DNA of 24,000 bases from contig DXJV01000068.1 of the NCBI GenBank assembly GCA_019056785.1, forward strand, positions 117,954-141,953. The letters run 5' to 3'. Source of the stretch: Candidatus Heimdallarchaeota archaeon. GTDB lineage: Archaea; Asgardarchaeota; Heimdallarchaeia; JABLTI01. Shown in pieces: positions 16,403-23,076 of this stretch. Each line of letters opens with the position of its first letter. Within the stretch, counting starts at the first letter, position 1. The notes under the pieces are model-generated. The model was given only the letters and a program-made list of their open reading frames with translations, was not told the DNA's origin and did no database searches. A program made the translations under genes and the position numbers.

Positions 16403-17107
16403 ATGGCTTCAAGAATCTTTGCTGGTTTGGTATTTCTAGCTTTGCTTTCTTATCTCTATGGTTCTCTTTGTTGGGCTATTATTATTAGCAAATGGAAACT
16501 TAGGAAAGACATTCGGGTGCTCGGCGATGGTAATCCTGGGGCGTATAATACCGGTAGAAATTTAGGTGGTAAATATTTTCTTCTTGTTATGCTTCTCGAT
16601 GCCTCTAAGGGATTCATTCCGGGGTTAATTGCTTCTTTCGTTAATTTTCAGGCTTATCAAAATTGGGCAGTAGGTTTAGCAGGGTCCTTCTCTGTTTTGG
16701 GGCATTGCTATCCCATCTTTTTCAAGTTTCGAGGTGGTAATGGTTTTTCGACTATTTTTGGTTTCATGATTCTTTACAATCCTTGGATGGTCCTTGAGTG
16801 GGGTATTTTTGTTTTCGTATTGACAGTTATTTTCAAGTACATCCGCCCCGTCCAACTCATCACTATGTTCTTTATTTCCTTTTTCGCCATCTTCATCGAT
16901 TGGCATTTTTATTGGAGGAACTTTTTCCCCTTGTTGACAGAGCCTATGATGCAAGTAACTCTCCCTGCTATGGTGCTAACGATTGCTTTATTGCAAGTGC
17001 CAAGATTTATCCCATACTTTGTTGGCATCTACACTGGAACAGAAGAAAAGATCTTTTTCTTTAAATTCCTGCGGAAGAATAAAACAACTTCTTCCGATAA
17101 TAATTAA
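16403..17107 (+). CDS. plsY: PlsY-family (COG0344) acyl-phosphate:glycerol-3-phosphate acyltransferase homolog, polytopic membrane protein
   Basis: All three PlsY motif blocks align by eye to B. subtilis PlsY. [20 protein letters not shown] aligns with [30 protein letters not shown] aligns with [28 protein letters not shown] aligns with LGHVFPIFAKFKGGKAVAT. Several hydrophobic helices are present. Confidence 0.8.
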   Translation: [234 protein letters not shown]

Positions 17108-17125
17108 ATTACTCGAGTGAATGTC

Positions 17126-18166
17126 ATGTCTTACAAAACTAAACGCCCTCTTTCCGAAAAGACTGTTCAAAAACTCCTCTTGCAACATTTCCCGCATCAA
17201 AGTGTTGAGGGCTTACAAGAAGTGCCAAAATCGTTCGTGAATAAAGTCTATTCATTTCGCGTTTCTAGTAGCGAAGAATATATCCTTAAAATTAATAACC
17301 CCCATTGGCCAGAAAAACAGAGAAGAGAAGCACTGGCACTTACGCTAGTAAAAGAACAGACATCGATCCCAGTTCCGACAATCTATGCACAATCACCTCC
17401 TAAAAGCCCGATAAGTTATTTAATTCTGGAAAAAGTTCCAGGCGTTGAGCTAAAAGATGCACTTCAGGAGGGGCTCCTTGAACAAACAACTGCTCTCAAA
17501 CTCTTCACGGAAGTTGGCCGGTATTTAGGCGAACTCCAAAAGATCTCCTTTGATTTTTTTGGCGACTTTAGTGTTGACTCTCTGTCTCCTTCGTCTTCAA
17601 ATTTCTTGTGGGGGCGAACGTTCGCGACCTTCAAAGAGTGCCTTCAAGCTTTTGCTTTTGAGGTTCTTAATTGGGTTGATACAAACACTTTTTCAGCCGT
17701 TCGGAAAAAACTTCATAAAGTGATTCCAACGTACCTCGAACAAATTCATGATTCATCGCCCTCTTGTTTGGTTCATTCTGACATTCAAGCCTCAAATATT
17801 TTAATACAGGATGGCACCATTTCCGCTCTCCTTGATTTTGAATGGGCTTTTGCAGGCACCTCGAGTTTCGATCTTACACTTGCTAAAGCAGGTTTTTATT
17901 TCAGTACCTTCCCGTCCCTTGCACCAAATTCCCCCCCACTCGCTCTTACTGAGGACAATTATTTTAAGGAAATCTCTCGTGCCCTCGATGCTGGCTTTCA
18001 GTCTTCCTCTTCCCAACCAGTTATTCCTTATCCTGAGGATTTTCCGGCATTTGTTTGGCTTCTCTATCTCATAGGCTCTTGGCGATGGACCACTCGTTTA
18101 CTTTCTTTTGCAGAACGGCGCCGTCTTAAACGTAAAATTCTCTCTCTTTCTGCTCAGTTTTTCTGA
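17126..18166 (+). CDS. APH / choline-kinase-fold small-molecule kinase (phosphotransferase enzyme family)
   Basis: Brenner-type catalytic motif LVHSDIQASNILI and the DFE metal-binding motif (ALLDFEWAFAG). The N-lobe pattern is FVNKVYSFRV...EYILKIN. The ORF track starts at GTG 17117; ATG 17126 has a GAGTGA SD-like motif upstream. It begins only 9-18 nt after the plsY stop. Confidence 0.75.
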   Translation: MSYKTKRPLSEKTVQKLLLQHFPHQSVEGLQEVPKSFVNKVYSFRVSSSEEYILKINNPHWPEKQRREALALTLVKEQTSIPVPTIYAQSPPKSPISYLILEKVPGVELKDALQEGLLEQTTALKLFTEVGRYLGELQKISFDFFGDFSVDSLSPSSSNFLWGRTFATFKECLQAFAFEVLNWVDTNTFSAVRKKLHKVIPTYLEQIHDSSPSCLVHSDIQASNILIQDGTISALLDFEWAFAGTSSFDLTLAKAGFYFSTFPSLAPNSPPLALTEDNYFKEISRALDAGFQSSSSQPVIPYPEDFPAFVWLLYLIGSWRWTTRLLSFAERRRLKRKILSLSAQFF

Positions 18167-18260
18167 TTTTTAATCTTATAATTACCTTTAAATGCAATTA
18201 TTATTGATGGGTAATATAGGTGGTCAATAAAACTCCCTATAAAAAAGGAGAAACGAAAAA

Positions 18261-19529
18261 ATGACTTTGGAAAGAAAGTTACAGAGCATCCTAATTATTC
18301 TAATAATTGTGAGTTTACCGGTCTATGGAACGATAAGCTTGCCAAGTATACAGACGGGGAGAGCCGCCAAGCCAAGAATGCGTACTTTTATCTTCAATCC
18401 AAATGCTGCCGATGAGCTCGTTATTTATACCCATGATAGTTTTATGGCCTGGGGAAAGCCGGAGGATTATCAAATCGTTATGAATCAGACGTTCTATAAT
18501 TTCGGCGTGTTACATAATGTTACCGTTACTGTTAATGTTTTTAGTGGCATGGTGGAGGCATTAAATTTACTTATCAGCCAAAAAGAGCATCCTCAAGCGG
18601 ATCTCGTTATCGGGTTAGATAATACAATGGTCTCCCGAGCGAAAGAAGAGCAGATTCTCCTCCCACTTTTAACGGGTGTTAATCTCGAGAATGTTTCAGC
18701 AGACTTGATTGCTGCGCTCGACCCTGAAAAATACCTGGTACCTATTGATTATGGCTTAATTGCAGTGATTTTTGATACGGCCTACATTAATGTTAGCACT
18801 AACCCGGAACTATTAACAATGGATTTCGATACTTTATTGGACACTTTCGGGAAGACACTTGTCGTTCAAGATCCAACTCAAAGCGCAACAGGTTTGAACT
18901 TTTTACTTTATCAGATTGTTCTCTACGAGAAAGTTTTAGGTCAGGAGTGGCAACAATGGTGGAAGAAGGCAAAAGGGCAAGTGACCATCGATAAGAGTTG
19001 GTCGGACTCTTGGGAACGAGTTTTTTCCAAGAAAGAAGCTCACATGATGGTAAGCTACGGCACTGACCCAGCATACAATGCCTATTTTGGTTATAGTTAT
19101 GAGCACAATGCTGCTATTATTCACCATAACGGAACAAAATATGGTTGGCTACAAATCGAAGGTATAGGTGTCGTGAATGGGACAACCAAAGCCAACCTGG
19201 CAAAAGAATACATTAATTATGCTTTAAGCAGTGAAGTGCAAGATTATGTTGCCACCAACAACTGGATGTTTCCGGCAAATAATCAAACGACTCTGGACCC
19301 AAGTTACGACTACGCCATCACCACTGAGAATGTAACTATTTTAAATAATCTTATACAGCCTAACTATATCGGGGACAATTATCAAGATTGGCTTAACACT
19401 TGGGAACGGCTTGTTTATGGCTCTGGTACTTGGTGGATTTGGGCATTGATTTCGGCTATAGCTCTCTTAATCGCCGGAATTGTCACCTATTTCGTTTTTA
19501 AATCAAAAACAAGAATTGATGTAGAGTGA
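18261..19529 (+). CDS. TbpA/ThiB-like thiamine-binding periplasmic-type solute-binding protein with N-terminal signal/anchor and C-terminal TM anchor
   Basis: Block-wise similarity to E. coli TbpA recalled from memory. VIYTHDSF matches VYTYDSF; ADLVIGLDN matches ADVVLGLDN; VPIDYGLIAVIFD matches VPFDYGYFAFVYD. QDPTQSATGLNFLLYQ matches QDPRTSTPGLGLLLWM; MVSYGTDPAY matches VLSYTTSPAY; NNWMFPANN matches GNWMYPVAN. Eight N-x-S/T sequons. The C-terminal helix is WWIWALISAIALLIAGIVTYFVF. AGGAG SD. Confidence 0.8.
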   Translation: MTLERKLQSILIILIIVSLPVYGTISLPSIQTGRAAKPRMRTFIFNPNAADELVIYTHDSFMAWGKPEDYQIVMNQTFYNFGVLHNVTVTVNVFSGMVEALNLLISQKEHPQADLVIGLDNTMVSRAKEEQILLPLLTGVNLENVSADLIAALDPEKYLVPIDYGLIAVIFDTAYINVSTNPELLTMDFDTLLDTFGKTLVVQDPTQSATGLNFLLYQIVLYEKVLGQEWQQWWKKAKGQVTIDKSWSDSWERVFSKKEAHMMVSYGTDPAYNAYFGYSYEHNAAIIHHNGTKYGWLQIEGIGVVNGTTKANLAKEYINYALSSEVQDYVATNNWMFPANNQTTLDPSYDYAITTENVTILNNLIQPNYIGDNYQDWLNTWERLVYGSGTWWIWALISAIALLIAGIVTYFVFKSKTRIDVE

Positions 19530-19570
19530 AAGTTAGTCTTTTGTCTTTCACTCCAACTTTTTTCTTTTAG
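19525..19570 (+). terminator. Hairpin plus T-tract at the end of the solute-binding-protein gene
   Basis: AGTGAAAG (19525-19532) pairs with CTTTCACT (19545-19552) around a 12-nt loop, followed by CCAACTTTTTTCTTTT. The hairpin spans the stop codon. Confidence 0.4.
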
Positions 19571-19742
19571 TTTTGTCCTTCAGCATTAAAATGGGCTTTT
19601 GTAAGTACTTTGTTATTAAGGAGTCATTGAAGTACCACTCTGGTTCGTCATTTCATAAAAACAAATAGAAATGCTATGTTGGCTTTCTTTCATTGCAAAA
19701 AATACGAGTCCTTTGTCGTAGCTTTCTCTATGCAAAGGAAAG

Positions 19743-20579
19743 TTATTTTTGTGTTGTGTGGGCGATTTTTCGCCGTAAAATTGGTTTTACAAAGGCATAT
19801 CTTGTTTTCATTGCAAGAAATCGCCCTTTATTTGTATATTTTGCCACTTCAAGGCAGGAGTTCATAATCGCTACCAAATCCAATCCTTCTGGTTTGATCT
19901 CCTGATTAATCACCCCTTTATAGCCCAAGCGTTTTAAGAAGCGTAAAAAGTCCCAATAGGGCATTTCTCCTTGCCCCAACAGCAGGTGAGTGTCATTATC
20001 CTTTTTTGTATCTTGTAAATGAACATAAACAATTTCTTTTGCCAGTTCTGTTGGAACCGAAAGCCAATTGTCGTTGTCAGTCAAAAAGCGATGTGGACCA
20101 TCAATAGCGTGCCCTGCGAGTTGCTTGCCAAGAAGATCCTTCGCTTTAAAATAAAAAGCAGTAAAAGTCTCGTCATCTTGCCAAGGAATATTTTCTAAAA
20201 TTATTGGTGTTTGAATTTGTTGTAATGTCTCAATAAGCACTTGGAAGTCAGCATCCGGCCCCTCAGGGGGATGAGCTAACGTAAAAAGTAATTGGAGGTC
20301 CTTGTGATAAGTGTTAATAAAATCAACTACTTTTGTCATGCGTGTTCGCAAAGCAGCTTTTGTCGAACCCGGCTCAAAGCCATCAACACTTGGGATCGGC
20401 AAATGAAATGTTGTTGTTAATTTACCCAGATTCGCAATAATTCCCTCGACATCCTTCATACTATTAATATTGATCTCAACATGATCCAAAGCAATTGCTT
20501 TTGCAAAAGTAACCAACTTGTCAGCAGAAATACCGGCATACGGTTCAATTGTCACACCAATTTTCAATGAGTTCACCAC
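19743..20579 (-). CDS. Xylose-isomerase-like / AP-endonuclease-family-2 TIM-barrel protein (paralog 2)
   Basis: Collinear with 10917-11780. TTTFHLPIPSVDGF matches TTTFHLPIYNRDGF; TLAHPPEGP matches VLAHAPEDP; PIILEN matches PIVLEN; HRFLTDNDNWLSVP matches HRFVTDPENWLNIP. YVHLQD matches YVHISD, and GYKGVINQEIKP matches GYNGVINQELKP. The longest ORF starts at GTG 20579; TTG at 20567 (MKIGVTIEP) would mirror paralog 1 (MRIGFGLEP). Confidence 0.7.
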   Translation of the reverse strand: MVNSLKIGVTIEPYAGISADKLVTFAKAIALDHVEININSMKDVEGIIANLGKLTTTFHLPIPSVDGFEPGSTKAALRTRMTKVVDFINTYHKDLQLLFTLAHPPEGPDADFQVLIETLQQIQTPIILENIPWQDDETFTAFYFKAKDLLGKQLAGHAIDGPHRFLTDNDNWLSVPTELAKEIVYVHLQDTKKDNDTHLLLGQGEMPYWDFLRFLKRLGYKGVINQEIKPEGLDLVAIMNSCLEVAKYTNKGRFLAMKTRYAFVKPILRRKIAHTTQK

Positions 20580-20652
20580 AGCTAAAGCTAGCTATTAAGT
20601 ATCTTTAAAAGAAAAAAAGGTTTCTAAAAGAATCCTCTCTTTCAGAAAGTGC

Positions 20653-21312
20653 TTAATCAAGATCAATTTTAATGTACTTTGTTAGTGCTTTTCGGATTTC
20701 CTGGCAGCGAGAGTCTTGAGAGGCAAATTGATTAGACACAAAACCCAGAACCATGCCCATTTTATCATCGGGAATGTTGCCTTTTAATTTTTCAGCCGCA
20801 TGTACGGTATATTTGTGCTGGCGGACAGTTAACTCATCTATGAGCTTCTGGGCTTCTTCTTTCTCTTCCTCGGATAGCCCCAGGAGAAAAGCGTCATCTA
20901 TCAAAGCAATCAAAGGATTCTCGCGAATGCCTTCTTTTTTTTCAATCTCATCAATAGTTGTAGCCAGTACAAAGGCCGGTGCCGTGCGTTCATAATAGGT
21001 TATTGACGTTCGTTTCTTTTTCTCTTCACGAGCAACACGCACAAACCCGTGCTCTACTAAAAGATCTAAATGATGATAACATTTCGGCGCAGAGACGCCT
21101 AATTTTCTCGCGATTTCAGGAACAGTCATTTCTTTCCGGATGGTGCCATCCTCGTTTTCGATTCCCTCACGCATCGTTCGTAAAATCTTGCGACGCATCG
21201 GGTCGACTAAAATTTTGATTTTCTCTGGACTACCAATAATCTTTACCCTACTACCTGCCCCTTTATTATTCCGCTTTTCTTCATCGCTTAATTCTTTAGG
21301 CTCTGGGGTCAT
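20653..21312 (-). CDS. ArsR-family winged-HTH transcriptional regulator with an extra C-terminal domain
   Basis: The HTH_20-like core is ILVDPMRRKILRTMREG...MTVPEIARKLGVSAPKCYHHLDLLVEHGFVRVAREEKKKRTSITYYERT. ATG start. It lies 73 nt upstream of TIM-barrel paralog 2 on the same strand. Confidence 0.75.
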   Translation of the reverse strand: MTPEPKELSDEEKRNNKGAGSRVKIIGSPEKIKILVDPMRRKILRTMREGIENEDGTIRKEMTVPEIARKLGVSAPKCYHHLDLLVEHGFVRVAREEKKKRTSITYYERTAPAFVLATTIDEIEKKEGIRENPLIALIDDAFLLGLSEEEKEEAQKLIDELTVRQHKYTVHAAEKLKGNIPDDKMGMVLGFVSNQFASQDSRCQEIRKALTKYIKIDLD

Positions 21313-21430
21313 TCTTTGTATTCCGTCCGTTTGATTTCATTATGTTTTTTATTACCTTCTAAATGAAATTAGTGTTTTATTTTAAATATCTTCCTTTTAT
21401 TGATTTGAAACGACTTTTTTACTTTAACTG

Positions 21431-21459
21431 ATTTAAACGTTCAATGGAATTTAAACGTT
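21431..21459. repeat. Tandem direct repeat ATTTAAACGTT x2 (period 18 nt), with a degenerate third copy at 21403-21413
   Basis: Read directly: 21431-21441 and 21449-21459 are identical 11-mers, and ATTTGAAACGA at 21403-21413 is a near copy. They lie between the URO-D stop and the ArsR-family start. Confidence 0.5.
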
Positions 21460-21488
21460 TTTTCTCCTCCGTAGTAAAAAAAGCGTTT

Positions 21489-22493
21489 TTAGCTATTTCT
21501 CTGCTGTAAATAGGAAATAATCGCTGTCAATTTTTCATCAGGAACGTTTAGGGGGATCACACAACCAGGGCCAATAATGATCGGCCGGCCATTAACAGAA
21601 GAAATCGTTTTCTCAAGCCGTTCCAAAACATTATCAATAGTTGCTTTGGGGAGAAATTCCTGTTCTTCAATGCCCCCGACAATAATGCCGGAAAAGAGTT
21701 TTTGAGCTTCAGCAATGGGTGGTGGCGTCAGCTGGTCATGCCAGTTTAATGCTTGGACAGGATAGTGCTTGGCAATTAGTTGAAACATAATATTATTGCC
21801 ATGAATGTGTGCGACATTAAAGGTTGCTTTGTTTTTAATTGCCTTTAAAATTTCGAGGTCAAAAGTCATGCCAAATTCTCGAAATTCTTCTTCCGTTAGA
21901 AAGTCAAAGGTTGCTTCCTGGGTTGCCAGGAAAATACCTGAGGCACCATTTTCGAGCGAAATCTTGGCAAACTCTTTCATGACTTTGGTAATAATTTTCA
22001 ACCCTTCCTTGAAGGTTCCGGGTTCTTCTCTTATGGCTTTTAAAACAAGTTCACGATTCTCCGTGAGTTTTGCTGCAACCATCAAGGGATTAAAAACAGT
22101 TTCAATGAAAGGTGTTTTTCTTTTCATCCCCTGATCAATGATGGTAAGTGCTTTGAGTTGCTCGCCAAACATCCCCTGATTTACGTCCAGCTCCTCGAGA
22201 GCAGCCCAATCCTCAATAGCAGCCACACGGTACTTTGTACAATAGGCTGAGCCGGTTAATTTTTGATCATCAAATGCAATCTCACACCCCCAATCAATAA
22301 CACAATAGCGACCATTGGGGCTCACTTTCATAAAGATCGAGTCAAACTTTTGAAGATACTCGAGTTGTTTCTGAGCCAGCCTTTCAGCTGAAAGGTCATC
22401 ACGAGGAAAATGACGCCAAAAAGCAAAGGGAATGGGTTCGACTTGCTCCCCTTTTAAAAGCGCCCGTAGGATTTCAATCTTTTCTTTCGACAC
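21489..22493 (-). CDS. Uroporphyrinogen-decarboxylase (URO-D) family protein, MtaA/MtbA/CmuA-like methylcobamide methyltransferase candidate
   Basis: 334 aa. The N-terminal pattern EILRALLKGEQVEPIPFAFWRHFP and the overall length fit URO-D-fold MT2-type proteins. GTG start with a GGCGTGAT SD-like motif. The call comes from recalled family features and is not verified. Confidence 0.6.
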   Translation of the reverse strand: MSKEKIEILRALLKGEQVEPIPFAFWRHFPRDDLSAERLAQKQLEYLQKFDSIFMKVSPNGRYCVIDWGCEIAFDDQKLTGSAYCTKYRVAAIEDWAALEELDVNQGMFGEQLKALTIIDQGMKRKTPFIETVFNPLMVAAKLTENRELVLKAIREEPGTFKEGLKIITKVMKEFAKISLENGASGIFLATQEATFDFLTEEEFREFGMTFDLEILKAIKNKATFNVAHIHGNNIMFQLIAKHYPVQALNWHDQLTPPPIAEAQKLFSGIIVGGIEEQEFLPKATIDNVLERLEKTISSVNGRPIIIGPGCVIPLNVPDEKLTAIISYLQQRNS

Positions 22494-22524
22494 AAGTAAT
22501 CACGCCTTTACATGAGCAAGAGAA

Positions 22525-22884
22525 TTAGTCAATTACTACTTCTAACTCCTTGGTTGTTCCTTTTTTTGCTCGGACCTTGTAGGTTCCAGGCTTCAGGTTT
22601 TCAACTTCAATTTTCAGGTCAAAGGGTTTTATCGCCTGGGCAGCCATCATTCCAGCTTTCATCTTTCCCAGCACTTGAAGAATAATCTCATCTTTTTTGA
22701 CGACTGCTGACGCTTCTGCTAACTGCCATCCCAGATGAGAAAAGTAACCCTGAACAAGAACAGTTAAGGGTTCGGTATGCGAAGCACGCTCCGGGAGAGA
22801 GAAGTCTTGGATAACCGCCAATTTAACAATCTCATCTGCTGTGCCCTTCTTTTTTCTAGTGAAAATTCGTTTAAAAAAGTTCAA
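22525..22884 (-). CDS. Hypothetical 119-aa protein (basic N-terminus, probable small beta-rich domain)
   Basis: The ORF lies 31 nt upstream of the URO-D-family gene on the same strand and has a TTG start. No motif was recognised. The C-terminus LKIEVENLKPGTYKVRAKKGTTKELEVVID looks beta-sandwich-like. Confidence 0.4.
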   Translation of the reverse strand: MNFFKRIFTRKKKGTADEIVKLAVIQDFSLPERASHTEPLTVLVQGYFSHLGWQLAEASAVVKKDEIILQVLGKMKAGMMAAQAIKPFDLKIEVENLKPGTYKVRAKKGTTKELEVVID

Positions 22885-23076
22885 TTTGCTTCACCTATGT
22901 AACTACAATAGATGGTAAGCTTATTAATTAAAGTTTTATCCCACTTTTATTGGAGAGCGTAAAGGGCCTCTTTTTTCTTTCGTTGCTACCTAATTTGCCC
23001 CAGAGTTAGTCAAGAATACACAAAATTTTAATTTGGTAAAAGTTTCACTTGAGAATATACTCAAGGTGTAAAAAGA

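Noticed and set aside
16178-18260. TPP riboswitch upstream of the plsY-kinase-TbpA-like genes
   Set aside because: The conserved CUGAGA and ACCUGAUCUGGAUAAUGCCAGCG-like elements are absent from both candidate leaders (16178-16402 and 18167-18260).
10686-20579. tRNA-targeted integrative element or genomic island with att sites
   Set aside because: No integrase, transposase or excisionase gene is present. I found no copy of the tRNA 3' end elsewhere in the window. The flanking paralogs are diverged genes, not DNA repeats. Only the compositional anomaly is retained, as a finding.
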